Shown: positions 1 through 14,200, counted from the whole stretch's first letter. The stretch is DNA of 63,016 nt, filler included, from Reclinomonas americana ATCC 50394 (GCA_048213135.1; 12 parts of 6 records of this genome joined end to end with filler, not necessarily neighbours in it); one strand, 5' to 3'. Made by a program: numbers and translations. The notes: generated by a model not told the origin, from the letters alone.

Positions 1-645
1 GCTCACAGCTCCTCCGCCACTCCCACCCACGGTCTGGCGATTGTTGGCAAACGTCGAGCGCAACAGCATCACACTCGTCGCCTGTTCTACCAGCACCGGC
101 GCCACCTGCTGCGTGCTTACTCCCTGCACCGTGCACCCGTCCATCACAAACGCGGCGGCGGAGCTGACGCGCAGCAGCGACGTGGTCCACGTGGATGTCG
201 AGTTGCCGACAATCGTGACTCCTTTCAACAGAAACGCCGTGCTCGCCTGCGACACGCTTCCACTGCCACTCGTGTAGGTGGCTGACAGACGCGGCATCAC
301 CAGCACGGGAGTGGAGGAGGAGGAGGAGGATAGTGTCACATTGCGGTACACAGAGAGGTCGACGGAGAGCTGCACGTTGTTGTAGGTGCCGGGGGCCAGC
401 GAGAGGGTGATGGGGGTGGTGGGGGAGGAGCTGGCGCACTGGGCGAGGGCGGTGGTGGAGAGCGGGCAGGCGGGGTCGGTGGGGAGGATGCCGCAGGGGG
501 TGGTGGTCGACGCGGAGGCGGTGGGGGAGACGCTCACTGCGGGAGGGGGAAGATAAGGGGGAAGGGAGGGAAAGAGAGGGGGGGAGAGAGAGGAGGAGGA
601 GGAGGAGAAGAGAGAGAGATCAAGAGGGAGTGAATGAAAGAGAGC

Positions 646-697
<52 letters not shown>

Positions 698-829
698 GGT
701 TTGAATGGAAGAGAGAGAGAGAGAGGATGAAAAGGAGAAGAAGGCAGGGAGACAGACCAAAGAGAACGATGACAAGTAGAGGAAGAACAAGAAGAACTGA
801 GGAGTTCTCTCTCAGATTGCGGAGGATTG

Positions 830-870
<41 letters not shown>

Positions 871-1261
871 AGGAGAAGAGGGCAGGGAGACCAAGGAGAA
901 CGGTGACAAGTAGAGGAAGAATAGAAGACCCGAGGAGTTCTCTCTCAGATTGCGGAGGATTGAACAGGAGAGAGCAAGAAAGAGAGGGAGCAAGAAAGAG
1001 AGAGACAGAGAGTGCACCTCTCTGAGCGCACAATGCCAAGAAGAATGCAGTCACACGACACAAGACTGATCAGACTGTCATCAATCAATCTCCGCTCTCT
1101 CTCCCTCTCTCCCTTCCTCTCCCTCACTTCATCACCAACTCACCAACGCAATCACCAGTGACACCCGCCACCATGCACGCGACACACATGAGCAGCACCA
1201 GCAGCGCGAGCCATTGTCGCCGTTGCTGCAGGGAGGACGACACTGGCACTGCAGCCGCCAT
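1..1261 (-). CDS. Secreted/surface protein with POMP-like (pectin-lyase-type beta-helix) repeats, 5' part; runs off the window
   Basis: Exon 1 (1261-1144) has a hydrophobic signal stretch (WLALLVLLMCVACMVAG) and a G|GTGAGT donor. Exon 2 (~537-1) is open and reads ...PCGILPTDPACP..LSLAPGTYN...STFANNRQTVGGSGGGAVS, with FxxN and GGA(V) motifs. Confidence 0.6.
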
Positions 1262-1464
1262 CGACCAACCTGTCTCACTCTCTCTCTCTCTTGAGTGTGT
1301 GTGTGAGTGCACCTGTGCGCGCGTCAAGTGGTCGGAGAATGATTTGACTGGCCAATGCGTTCACTGACCGAACAGTGAGTCAGTGAGTCGTCCTGCTGGC
1401 AGGTTGATTGACTGCAGTCCACATGCAAACCGCAGCTGCGTTGGCGCGTATGTGCGATAGTATG

Positions 1465-1625
1465 TGTGCGATGAAGATCGCAGTTCTCGACCTGCTCGAC
1501 GTTCCGAGAGCGAACACACAATGCGCATATATATGGTACATGCAAGAGAACCAGCTGCTGCTCTGAAGACTGGTTGGAGTTGGGCATCAAGACAGCTGTT
1601 GCTTTGGTGGAATGAATTGTTGTTT
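1465..1625 (+). mobile_element. Dispersed intergenic repeat family (SINE-like), copy 1
   Basis: GAAGATCGCAGTTCTCGAC...CCGAGAGCGAACACAC...CATCAAGACAGCTGTTGCT...GAATGAATTGTTGTT is shared with the copies at 9041, 25941, 48583, 51615 and 52036. Confidence 0.65.
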
Positions 1626-2384
1626 AGCACAAACGCAACGCAATCAATCATGGCGCCGGCATGCGCAGCAGCATTTTTGTTCGGATTTCTCTCTTCCCGA
1701 GTCCTGGCGTCGAGTGGCACCTCCAGACCTCAACATGTCCACGCCGATTATGGCGCCAGATTGAGAGATCACCCGATAGCTAATAGACACGGCTTGCAGT
1801 GCGCGTTTGGCTGTGCTGAAGTGTCGTTGGCTGCTTGCGGCTCCGAATCCTCATTGCGACGATTCGGCAACTTGCCAGCGTCTCTTGCAGACAAACGCGC
1901 TGCGCAGCAGCTGCCATTGCCCTGTTGCTTCGATGCCCCCGCCCCCCCTTGGCTGTGTGCATCGTTATCTCTCCGCACAGACGTGAAGCACGCGACTCCT
2001 GTCGACAATTAAGGCGCAAAGATGCCGTTGCCTTGCTGCTGCTGCCACAATGCCGCTCCCCATGACGGTGTTCATCACACACCAATGCGAAGCACGCAAC
2101 GCCAAGTCCTACGAACACGGTGTGAAGGCGCCGCTGCCTTTGCGGCTGTTCCTTCCATGTCACCCCGCTCAGCTGTGCGCATCGCCCCAGTCCCCACTAA
2201 TGTGATCCATTGATGCCGCTGTCGTGCATATCACTATCTCCCCACATGCAACGCGAAGCAAGCTTACATAGACAGCACGTCAGCAAGCACGACCGTAACT
2301 GCCATCCCTCTAATCTCCCCTTCCCATGCCACTTGTCGACAAAACAGTTGAGTTTTACACGGCGCGCTCTTTCTTCCGCTCACG

Positions 2385-2510
2385 GTAACATGGTTCCCTT
2401 CGACGAGTCTAGTGACTCGGAATAACTTCGCAAGAACATGGCGCAGTACGAGGCCCCCACCTGCGCAAATCACAAGACTCGGTGTCAGGGCCAGATAAGC
2501 GGCAAAACAA

Positions 2511-2577
<67 letters not shown>

Positions 2578-4126
2578 GTAGACGACGACGAACGAACGAA
2601 CGAANNNNNNNNNNNNNNNNNNNNNNNNNNNNNNNNNNNNNNNNNNNNNNNNNNNNNNNNNNNNNNNNNNNNNNNNNNNNNNNNNNNNNNNNNNNNNNNN
2701 NNNNNNNNNNNNNNNNNNNNNNNNNNNNNNNNNNNNNNNNNNNNNNNNNNNNNNNNNNNNNNNNNNNNNNNNNNNNNNNNNNNNNNNNNNNNNNNNNNNN
2801 NNNNNNNNNNNNNNNNNNNNNNNNNNNNNNNNNNNNNNNNNNNNNNNNNNNNNNNNNNNNNNNNNNNNNNNNNNNNNNNNNNNNNNNNNNNNNNNNNNNN
2901 NNNNNNNNNNNNNNNNNNNNNNNNNNNNNNNNNNNNNNNNNNNNNNNNNNNNNNNNNNNNNNNNNNNNNNNNNNNNNNNNNNNNNNNNNNNNNNNNNNNN
3001 NNNNNNNNNNNNNNNNNNNNNNNNNNNNNNNNNNNNNNNNNNNNNNNNNNNNNNNNNNNNNNNNNNNNNNNNNNNNNNNNNNNNNNNNNNNNNNNNNNNN
3101 NNNNNNNNNNNNNNNNNNNNNNNNNNNNNNNNNNNNNNNNNNNNNNNNNNNNNNNNNNNNNNNNNNNNNNNNNNNNNNNNNNNNNNNNNNNNNNNNNNNN
3201 NNNNNNNNNNNNNNNNNNNNNNNNNNNNNNNNNNNNNNNNNNNNNNNNNNNNNNNNNNNNNNNNNNNNNNNNNNNNNNNNNNNNNNNNNNNNNNNNNNNN
3301 NNNNCATTTGAATAATGCTTCCACAGCGATAGACCCCTTGATGAGTGCCGTGTACTTCGACAAGCTTGATACTCTCGCTGCACACTCGCTCTCTCGCGTC
3401 CTCTCTCTCTCTCTGTACTTCGAGAGGAGGTGGGAAGGGGAGAGACAAAGGTATAGGAAGAGCAGGGAAGGACGCGTCGACACAGACAAGAATTACGTGA
3501 ATGTGGAATGCATTGAAAAAAAGGAGACGAGCGCGCGAGCATACGCACATCGATCTCTGCCTCTCTTCTCACTCTCTCTCTCTCTCGCATCCTCCCTCTC
3601 TTCACCCCCACCACCCTCACCTCGTCTGGTTAATGTCACACCCGACCGTCATCACAGCCAGTAGCACGAAAAGGCTGCTGACAAAGATACAGAGGGCGAG
3701 GATGCAGCACAAGAAATACTGCAAGAGCGAATCGCATGAGGCGAGGAAATGACGATGAGGGAATGAGCAGCCGCCGCACGCAACATACAGCAGCATGTTG
3801 GCGTGTTTCCTGTGGGCGCCGATGATGCCGAGGATGGTCGGTAGTATGATGGTGACGCCTGTGCGCACGAGCACAGGTGAGACGACGTGAAGAGAAAAAA
3901 ACGGGCAACGAGAAGACGTACTACGCACCCGCAATGATGCCGGCAATGAGACCAATCTTCTTGGCGCCGGCGAATATTACGAGTCCAATGCCGAGGCCGC
4001 CGATGACCTGCGTGGAGGGGAAGGGGGGATGAGGGAAAGGGAGGGAAGAGAAAGGATGCTGTGGAGTCACGTTCCCTGCATTCAGACAACGCACGACTCC
4101 AACGAGGTTCTCCCAGAGGGGGAAAG

Positions 4127-4173
<47 letters not shown>

Positions 4174-5434
4174 GACACATCGAGGTACGACGGCTCTCGT
4201 CCCGTTCCTCNNNNNNNNNNNNNNNNNNNNNNNNNNNNNNNNNNNNNNNNNNNNTTAATTAATTAANNNNNNNNNNNNNNNNNNNNNNNNNNNNNNNNNN
4301 NNNNNNNNNNCAAATGAAGAGAACGAATCACCACAGAGACACCGAAGCATCTCATAGAGAGTGACAAGTGAGACGAGAAAGAGACAAGTGAGGAGAGAAG
4401 AGCAACAGTAAGCGAGTCAAGATCGTGCACCTCTCACTCTCAAACCACTCAATCACAATGCACCTCTCCTCCACTAGATGACGAGCGAATCATCAGAGCC
4501 GAGAAAGAGAGTGCGAGAGAAGAGTGAGAAGAGAGAGAAGAGTGACAAGTGAAAGAGAGAGAGAGAGAGAGACAAACAAGAGACAAGCAAGACTGCGCGC
4601 ACCTCATACACGTCTCTCACTCTCCTCCACGAGCACCCGTTACGTACAGAGACAGACAAGAGAGACAAGAGAGAACGGAGACTGCACATGTGACAAGCCC
4701 CCTTCTCCACTCCTGCTTCTCTCACTCGTTACACATCATTCTCTCACAGACACTCTCATCGCAGAGGAAAGACAAGAGAGAGAAACAAGAGACAAGCAAC
4801 CTCATGCACGCTCTCACAAGTGATGATGAGTGAATCACCCGTTACACATCATTCTCTCAAAGACACTGTCATCTCAGAGACAAGAGAGAAAGTGACATGT
4901 GAGATGAGTGTCTGTGTGTGTGAGAGAGAGACAAGCACGACTGCGCGCACCTCAAGTCTCTGCACGCTCTCGCTCTCAAACCACTCAGTCACAGCACACT
5001 TCTCCACAAGTGAGCGAATCACCCGTTACACATTGTCGCTCACTCAACTCGTCTCAGAGAGAGACAAGAGAGAGAGAGAGAGAGAGAGACAGAGAAGAGT
5101 GACTGCACATATGCCAACGTCCCCCTTTTCCACTCCTGCTTCTCGCACTCGTTACACATCATTCTCTCACAGGCACTCTTATCGCAGAGGAAAGACAAGA
5201 GAGAGAAACAAGAGACAAGCAACCTCATACACTGATGATAAGTGAATCACCGTTACACATTGTCGCTCACACTCTCATCTCCTTCTCTCCTTCTCTCCCC
5301 TTCACCCTCCTCTCCTCTTCTTACGCAACAATCTGCACCGAGGCCATACAATAGAGAAACGCCTGATACTTCCACACACGACGACCGCGACCAGCCTTTG
5401 CGCCACTGTTCCCAAACGACGATCCTCTTCCCAT
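2385..5434 (-). CDS. Tetraspanin-like multi-pass membrane protein (3' end uncertain, interrupted by gaps)
   Basis: Spliced model MGRGSSFGNSGAKAGRGRRVWKYQAFLYCMASVQI|VIGGLGIGLVIFAGAKKIGLIAGIIA|GVTIILPTILGIIGAHRKHANMLLY|YFLCCILALCIFVSSLFVLLAVMTV. This resembles the tetraspanin TM1-TM3 pattern (KY..F; LG..GA.K....LL.YF). Confidence 0.55.
4211..4310. other. Assembly spacer (N..TTAATTAATTAA..N); also near 8907, 22358, 24855, 29927, 33643, 38658, 46394, 47789, 51457 and 57525
   Basis: An identical 12-mer with stops in all six frames, embedded in ~100-nt N blocks. Artificial. Confidence 0.97.
4400..5275. repeat. Degenerate intronic minisatellite in tetraspanin intron 1
   Basis: GAATCACCCGTTACACA(T)CATTCTCTC and GAGACAAGCAA blocks recur several times. 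Confidence 0.7.
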
Positions 5435-7140
5435 CTTCTCTCACACACACAGTGAGACACGCTCACGCTCTCACTCGCACAACTCACACGTGCGCGCTCT
5501 GTCTGTGTGAGTGTGTGAGTTGATTTCGCGCGTTTTTTGGCTCGGATATCCGTTCGCGTGCTCGCGCGCGCGTTTTTTGTCGCATACCTCTCTTCGTGCG
5601 TGGACTGCAGCATCGCGCGCATGGCATGCACCTACAGACGACATGAGGCATCCGCCTGCTCTCTGTCTGCCTCTTGCACACACAAAAATCGATACTCGCC
5701 GTGCTGCTAATTTCTCTGCGCAGCAGGCGTGCATTTGCATACGCGCGAGAAGGTCGGCGCTCCCGTGCGCGTGTGTGTGTGTGCGTGCGTGAGTTGCAGA
5801 TTGATTCGCGCGCTTTTCTGCTCGGAAATATGTGCTGGTCGACATCGACACGGAAATCGAACGCGCCTGTTTCTTTGCTTTTTCTAGCTCTTCCTGCGTT
5901 TTCCTTGTGCGTACGCGCATGTACGCCTCTTTGCGCGCACGCTGCAGACATCAGGCACGGTGAAAGGAGCGATCTTTGCCAAGTCGACTTGGAAATAATT
6001 TCGAGATAAAGCCGTTCACTTCACTTTCCTTGCTCTATCTTCGTTGGTCTTGTACGTGCGCCTGTGTGTGCCTCTTTCCACGCTCCCTGCAGACGGTCAA
6101 ATGAGCGATTTTTGCCAAATCGACGTCGAAATGAAAACCGAATTCGAACAAGCGCTTTCTCCTCACTTGCTGCGCTTTGCCTTCTTCTTCTTCCTTGCTC
6201 GCTTTATCGCACATTCTCTTATCTCTCACCTCCCCTCCACTTCTCGAGCATCCTGATTTTTCACCAAGTCGACCGTCGACATCGACCCCGCGCGAGCCAC
6301 ACACACACAACAACGCACACTCACAACGCACACACTCTTCACCCTTTCCCTCTCCCCCTTTCCCTCTCCCTTTCCTTCTTCACCGCCACCACCACTGGCG
6401 AGAGAATCGCCACTCACGGTTTATCGTTTTCCAGCAATTGTCACACCCCCCTCCTGTGTCTCTGTCTCNNNNNNNNNNNNNNNNNNNNNNNNNNNNNNNN
6501 NNNNNNNNNNNNNNNNNNNNNNNNNNNNNNNNNNNNNNNNNNNNNNNNNNNNNNNNNNNNNNNNNNNNNNNNNNNNNNNNNNNNNNNNNNNNNNNNNNNN
6601 NNNNNNNNNNNNNNNNNNNNNNNNNNNNNNNNNNNNNNNNNNNNNNNNNNNNNNNNNNNNNNNNNNNNNNNNNNNNNNNNNNNNNNNNNNNNNNNNNNNN
6701 NNNNNNNNNNNNNNNNNNNNNNNNNNNNNNNNNNNNNNNNNNNNNNNNNNNNNNNNNNNNNNNNNNNNNNNNNNNNNNNNNNNNNNNNNNNNNNNNNNNN
6801 NNNNNNNNNNNNNNNNNNNNNNNNNNNNNNNNNNNNNNNNNNNNNNNNNNNNNNNNNNNNNNNNNNNNNNNNNNNNNNNNNNNNNNNNNNNNNNNNNNNN
6901 NNNNNNNNNNNNNNNNNNNNNNNNNNNNNNNNNNNNNNNNNNNNNNNNNNNNNNNNNNNNNNNNNNNNNNNNNNNNNNNNNNNNNNNNNNNNNNNNNNNN
7001 NNNNNNNNNNNNNNNNNNNNNNNNNNNNNNNNNNNNNNNNNNNNNNNNNNNNNNNNNNNNNNNNNNNNNNNNNNNNNNNNNNNNNNNNNNNNNNNNNNNN
7101 NNNNNNNNNNNNNNNNNNNNNNNNNNNNNNNNNNNNNNNA

Positions 7141-8041
7141 AGCAACTTCGCGAGCGCGCCTCGTCCGTGACGCGATCACGGCGGCAGTCGGCGCCTCTGG
7201 TCACCGAGTACACAACGAGTGTGCCGAGCACGTTTTCGCCATCGTCGTTCCACGTCATGGCCAAGCAGAACATTGCGCGCGCGCAGGAGCTGAATCGCTT
7301 GACGGCATCGACGCCGGTGCCCGGGGCCACGGATAATGGCGGCTCGAGTGGCGATGACGGGTCGAGCTCGCGACGCGGACACAAGGTGCACAGTACCGCC
7401 GGTAATGTGTGGGATCGCCTGCAGACCGACGCGAGCAAGTGGATCGACAGCAAGCGACGGGCGTCGACGGCGGCACTGACGCCGACGTCGTCGGCGCCGG
7501 GATCGCCGCAAATGTCCGCCGGATCGCCCGAGGCAAGCCCTGGTGCGTCGTCACCGTCGGTCAGTTTCATGACAAGACGATGTACATTGTACTGTTTGTC
7601 TCGGTGTATCGATTGCTGACTTGCGTGCGTGAATCGACAGCACACTCTGGGCAAACGAAGGCTGGTCTTCCGCGCCCCCCTTCTCGCCGTGGATCTGCAT
7701 GCCGGGCGACGCTCATCCAGCCCTTCTATACCCGCAATGGTTGTGTGCAGACCACGGCCCTACGGGAGAGCGATTTGATGGCCGATGGCGACGAGCGGGC
7801 GGCGGCGGTGGCGGCGGCGTTGCGGAGCAGCGAGGATGAGCATGAGCGGCGTTTCAATCCGTGGCATCAGTCGTCGGCGTTTGATGAGGTGTTGAAGCAT
7901 CCGCGTGGCTCCTTCTCCAAGGAGCCGCGGTTTGGACGCGAGGCGCCAATCGTGACACCGTGCCGCGCCCGCTCGCCCTCTCCTGGCCCCCTCTCTCGTT
8001 TCTCTGCAATTGCAATGGCTAGCAGCAGCAGCATGGTGTGA
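7141..8041 (+). CDS. Hypothetical Ser/Ala/Pro-rich protein, partial (5' end in gap); possibly microtubule/cilium-associated
   Basis: GC-rich coding-like frame with NVWDRLQ and RGSFSKEPRF motifs, and one probable intron at ~7560-7640. The function is speculative. Confidence 0.45.
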
Positions 8042-8829
8042 TGTGTACCACCACTTCATTTTTTCTCCTTTGTGTTGTGTTGTTTTTTTCTTTCGTTGTT
8101 GTATGCGTAGTTGGTGGTGGCGGATTGAGGAGAAGGGGGAGATAGAGAGAGCGAGGCAGCAAATATGGTTGTCTTTTGTTTGTTGTTTGTTTGTTGTTAT
8201 TATTTGTTGGAAAGGGTGGCTGGTGGCTGCGAATGAGAAAAATACACGGCTCAGTTTTGATTGCGAAAAGTGGGGGGAGAAGGGGGCGAAGGAGAAGGGG
8301 AAGGAGAAGAAGGAAAAGGGAAAGGAGAGGAGGAGGAGGGTGAGTGAAGAGGGGAACGGGAAGGAGAAGGAGGGGTGCGGAGGCGAGGGAAAGGTGAGGA
8401 GAACGGGATGGGAAGAAGAAGGAGAGAGGACAACGATGCAGAAAATGGACCGCAACTCGATAGGGCAGCAAGAGAAGCTGCTAGAACGATCTACGCTATG
8501 AGACAACACGTCGCTGCACGATCGATATAAGCGTCGAGTTCAGGAGAATACTGCGCGCTGATCGTACGCGTCTTCTTCTCAGCGGCATGGTGCGGAGGTG
8601 GAAGTGTTCACGAAGGAAGAAGAACAAAAGCGTGTGCGCTCGGTCGCCCTTCACCCTTCACCCTTGAAACTTCAACTTTTCTTCCACTACCCCTTCTTCT
8701 CTCCCTCGATATCCAACCAAGTGGCAAACGTCGCAAATACCGTGTCCTGATCGAATCCAATCACCTCCACCAAGCAACTGCATGTCACGAGCGCACAACC
8801 TCGCATAGACAACGCACTCGCCACACTCG

Positions 8830-8862
<33 letters not shown>

Positions 8863-9040
8863 NNNNNNNNNNNNNNNNNNNNNNNNNNNNNNNNNNNNNN
8901 NNNNNNTTAATTAATTAANNNNNNNNNNNNNNNNNNNNNNNNNNNNNNNNNNNNNNNNNNNNTATGCTCCCCGAATTCGATGTGCCGTGTACGATCGCAG
9001 AAAACGCTGTGCGTCTATGCAAGTGCGTCAAATCCACTGA

Positions 9041-9230
9041 ACTACGCTTATGCGGTGAAGATCGCAGTTCTCGACTTGTTCGGAGCTCCGAGAGCGAACA
9101 CACACACACAAGGAACCTGCTGCTGCCTCAAGATTGGTGTCTGTGTTGATGTTTTGGATATGGTTGAACTTGGTCATCAACACAGCTGTTGTTTGTTTGT
9201 TGGTGAATGAATTTGTTGTTGTTGTTGATA
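9041..9230 (+). mobile_element. Dispersed intergenic repeat family (SINE-like), copy 2, the most complete
   Basis: ACGCTTATGCGGTGAAGATCGCAGTTCTCGACTTGTTCGGAGCTCCGAGAGCGAAC(AC)n AGGAACCTGCTGCTGCCTCAAGATTGGTGT...CAGCTGTTGTTTGTTTGTTGGTGAATGAAT(TTG)n. Confidence 0.7.
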
Positions 9231-9401
9231 TCGTCGATTTATCGATGTCGTTGTTGATGTCAAAGTTGCAAGATGGCGAGAAAGGTATTATATTTGTTGT
9301 GTGCAATTACCTGATCCGCACCTTGAAGACGAAAAACTGTGCAACCTTACACAAGGTTTCCCGCGTTTTCTTGCTCGCGCCCAGTCGGTTGACACTTGCT
9401 C

Positions 9402-11237
9402 ATGTCTGACGTCGAAGATGAGGCCCCTCCTTCTCACCACACTGCTGCTGAGGAAGAAGAGGAGATAGCAGCAGAGGAAGAAGAGAAAGAAGAAGAGGAA
9501 GATGCGAGTGAAGAGCGCGTAGAATCGGCCGCGCACAGTGGACGAGGACGAGGAGAAGAAGAGGAAGAAGAGCAAGAGGAGGAGGAGCAAAGAGAGGAGG
9601 AGCAAGAGGAGGAGGAGGAGGAGCCAGAGGAGAGCAATGTGAGCGGAGACACTGAGTTGCAACAGGCGCAAGAGGGTAAGTGCGAGACAATGATCACAAC
9701 GCACACACACACTTACACACACACTGTCGCACTCACACACACACACACTCACACTCACGCACACACTCTCACTCACACAAAATCACACACACTCTCTCAC
9801 ATATTCTCACTCTCGTTCTCCTCTCTCTCACTCACTCTCCCTCTCTCTCACACACACACTCCCTCCTCTCTCTCCCTCACACTCACACACACACACCTCC
9901 TCACACCCTTTTGCGATATTCGACACACACTCTGACAAATCGGACACGACAGATGAAGAAGCCTCTGCCTTTGAAGAGGAAGATCATCATCACGAGGAGC
10001 AGCAGGACGAGGAGGACACTGGCAGCTCACAGGAAGACGAGGCCGAGGCTGAAGTCGAAGCAGAGAGCGAAGAAGAAGAGGAAGAGGATCATCAAGACCT
10101 GCTGGACATTGTCGATCAGGTGCGCGAGGCTGAGAGGCAAGAGGAGGAGGCAGAGCGTCCTCTGTCGCGTCCCTTTGCGGGTGGATCCTCGCGACGTCGC
10201 GCGAGGCGAGTGAGTGGTGTCAAGGCCGACGAGCTGGACGATGATGGCGATGAAGAGGAGCCGGATCTGTTGGATATGGTGGCGAACAGTGCGCGTGGAG
10301 CGTCGCACGGGCACAGCGATTGGTATGACATTGGACGGCGAGCGGAGGCCGAGGTGCGGGAGGAGGATGAGCAGATTGCGGCCAAGGCTGCGGCTGCGGC
10401 CAAGGAGACGCAGGCGGTGGTTGAGGCTGCGGCTGCTGCGGCGGCGGCTGCCAAGCAGCAACAGCAGCAGCAGCAGGCGGCCAAGTTGTTGGCGCCTGGT
10501 GGATTGCGTGCGGCAAGTGGATTGCATGTGGATGTCGCGGTGGGTGTGCGGAGTGGGAGGGGAAGGGAGGGGGAAGAGTGGAGGGAGGCAGACACAGAGA
10601 TACGATTCTTGTGCTGTCGCGCTCATCCGGAGAGAGAGAGAGAGAGACAGAGAGACAGAGACTTCCGAAAGCTGTCGCACTATCCAGAGAGTGAGAGAGG
10701 GAAGCAGAGACAGATTGAGGCTTCGAGACTGTCGTGATCATCCGGAGAGAGATGCAGACAGGCACAAGCTTCTTGTACTGTCGCGCTCATCCGGAGAGAG
10801 AAAGAGACAGACTACAGCTTTGTTCACCATCTCGTCCACAGAGAGGGAGAGAGAGAGAGGAAAGCACAGTCGAAAGACAGACAGACAGAAGCTTGGCGAC
10901 TATCGCATTTCCTCAGAAAGAGATGCAGACAGGCAAAAGCTTCTTGTGCTGTCAGGTAGACAGAAGCTTCTTGACTGTCGTGATCATCCGCAGACAGGAT
11001 CACAGACAGACAGGCAGTCTGTGTGCTGTTGCACTCACCCGCACTGAGAGAGAGATGAAGGAAAATACAGACCGACAATCATAACCTTTGCGTGTGTTGT
11101 GTTCATCCGGAGAGAGATACGAAGTGCATCCTCTGAGACAGAGAGGGAAAATCAGACAGACCACTGCTTTGTGTGCTGTTCCGCTCTTCCAGTGAGAGGG
11201 ACCACACTCATACACACGCTTTGTCTGCCATGGCACT

Positions 11238-11294
<57 letters not shown>

Positions 11295-14200
11295 AGCAAT
11301 ACTGATTGACTTATCCTCGTCGCGCTCATCTACAGCGTGAGAGGTACAGACAGACGAAGCTTTGTGTGGTCGTACACGTCCAGGTAGGACACACAGACAG
11401 GCGTATGCTTCATGCATTGTCGCGTTCATCAAGAGAGAGTGAGAGAAACAGAGGCAGGCAGAGACTTCGAGTGCTGTGGCACTCGTTAGACAGGCTGGCA
11501 GAAGAGAGAGGGAAATCCAGACAGATAAAGCATCTTGTGCTATCTCGCTCACCCTTTCCCTACTTTGTGCACAGTCCCCCTCCCCATCACCCACCATGCC
11601 GTTCGTATTCCCTTCGGGTTCCGCCCTCCCCCCACCATTCGCTCTGGCCGAGAGCCCCGGCGCACTGCCCGGCATTGGATCGTCGTCGTCGGCGGCGGCG
11701 CCAGCTGACGGCCTGTTGCCGTCCATGCTGCGATCGACGGACGTGCTGGGTGGAAACGGCGGTGGAGGCAGCGGGCGCATGGCAGGCGACGAAGTGATGC
11801 ACGACGAGCCGAGCGACCTGTTCTCGTCTGTGCGCCTGGCCACGATTGGCGACGGCATGGACGAGGAGGGACCTTTTGGCGTGCGTGCAGAGATTCCAGT
11901 CGGCTTGCCGGCTGCCGGACGCCCCGTGTCATTCCTGGAGGACTTTGTGCGGCGGAGGGTCATGCCAGTGGTGGCGCAGACGGCAGCAGGTGCGAATGTG
12001 GGTAGAGTCGTAAGATGTTGAGAGGCGGGAGACTCCTCACTCGTCACTGCTTTGCTCCTTACTGTCAGTGCCTCTCTTTCTCTCTCTCTCTCTCTCACTC
12101 CCAGTCTCTCTCTCCCTCCCAGTCTCTCCCTCCCTCCCAGTCTCTCTCCCTCCTTTCTCATTCATCTCTCTTTCTCTTGTTTGTCTCTCCCTCTTTTCTC
12201 TCCCTCTCTCCTTTCTCTTTCTTCTCTCTTTCTCTCTCGCTTGTCTCATCTCTCTCTCTCTCTCTCTCTCTTTCTCTCCACGTCCCGTGACTTTGTGGAT
12301 TGATGTTGGGTGTCTGTGAAAGAGAACAAGAAAGATTCGACTGGAAAGCAAAAGACTAAAGAGGGACGGCGAGAGAGTCGCTGACTGTCAACCATTTGGG
12401 GCTCTCTCCGATATGCGTCCCTCAACGCTGCTTCCTGACTCTATAATCTGGTGGACAGTCAGTGACTCGCTCGCCTCTCTATTCTTTTCTTCTCTTCTCT
12501 TCTTGTCTCTCCTTTCTCTCCGATGGCGCACCTCGATTCCCTCCCTATCTTCGTTCCTTACTCCGATGTTGCCTCTCGCCCTCCCTCCTCCCTCTTTCCA
12601 CCTTTTCCTCCTTCTCCCTCTCTCCCTCCTTCTCCTCATCTCCACTCACTTCTCCATCATCGCAGGAGAACCCACTTCATCACACTCGCAACAGCCAAGT
12701 ATCAAGGCACAGCGCGCACAAAAGCAAGCCGCGCAGCTTCGCGACGACGCCCGTCGCATTGTGCGCGACTTTGTCGGCGCCTCCCAGTCCGACATTGTCG
12801 TGTTTTCCGGCAACAGCTCACGCGACGCCCTGTACCAGTTGGTTGATCTGCTGCACATGCGCGCCAGCAACGGCGGAGGCCCTGGCGGTAATGGAGTCGG
12901 TGGCAACAGTGCCGGCGGCGGCGCTGCGGGAGGAGCGCAGGCGGCCTCGGCCAAACCGTCGCGCTATGCGTTGAGCGCCGCTCCCGTTGTGTTTGTGAAC
13001 AGCCAGGATTGCGCGGATGCGTGGCGCGACAGCATTGCGCAGGTGGTGTCGATCCCCTACGTCACCGACGGATGTGTGAATGAGGAGGCACTTGAGGTGC
13101 GTTTCGTTTCCATGGTCTTTTTGTTGCATTGTGGTATCTGACGACTGTGATGTGGCCGCAGGCTCAACTCCGCAAGTACAGCGAGCGACCGGTGAAGATT
13201 GGCTGCTTGTCCTCCACGTCCGCATTGAATGGTCTCGGCTGCGACGTGGCCTTCCTGTCGGCACTGTTGCACCGATATGGCGCTCTGGTTTGTGACGCTG
13301 AGAAAGTAAGAGAGTACGCATGTTTGTTGTTTCTCATGTTTCACTGTGCAGGCCGTGTGGGACATGTCGTGCTCGGCGCCATTCACCGTCCCGCAAATGA
13401 CCTTTGTGCCACACGATGCGGAGGGTGGCCACGGTTCATCGTCGGCCGATGGCGGCGCCGTGACTCGGGTGCTCGATTCTGCCGATGCTGTGATTATTGA
13501 TCCCAGTCAATTTACCGGTGAGTGGGATGGGGAAAAAGAGGGTAAGGGGGAGAAGGAAGGAAGGTGAAGGGGGAGGGGAACGGGGGTGGATGTGCCTTGT
13601 CGAGTCGCACTCTTCATCCATCTCTCACTCGCACTTTCTGTTCATCCCTACTTTTCTACTCATCGCCACCGTTCCCTTCATCCACATCTCACATTCTCTG
13701 ATCCCCCCTTCTCCCAGCTCATCCTTTACATCCATCGTCTTCACTTTCTCCTTCATACAATCTTTCTTATCATCCATCTTTCACTCGCTCTTTCTGTTCA
13801 TCTGTGTTGCCTCACCATTCTTGCTTTCGCCTCTCTCTCGTCTGGTTTTCCACTCTGCCTCTTCGTCCATCTTCTCTCTGCCACTCATTCTTTGCATCCA
13901 TCGCTCACTCGCTCTCCCTGGATATCCCTGTTTTTACCACTCTTCTTTTTACTCCGTCTTGCTCTCAATATTCATTCGTGTTTTCTCACCCTTCTTTTTT
14001 CCCCCATGCAGGCGGCGCCGGTGCCAGTGCCGTGCTGGTCGTGCGCAAAGAGCTCTTCAAGTCGCAACCCTCGCAAGGCATGGAGGTCACCGAGTTTGTG
14101 CGCTACCTGCAAGATCTGGAGGTGCTGGAGCGCAGTGAGGCCTCCGACTTGGTTCCGAGTGTGCGTGCGGGCTTGGCATTGCAGCTGCGCGAGGCGCTGC

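Noticed and set aside
4255..4266. Recurrent TTAATTAATTAA palindrome as a biological site
   Set aside because: It is always centred in N blocks, so it is an assembly linker.
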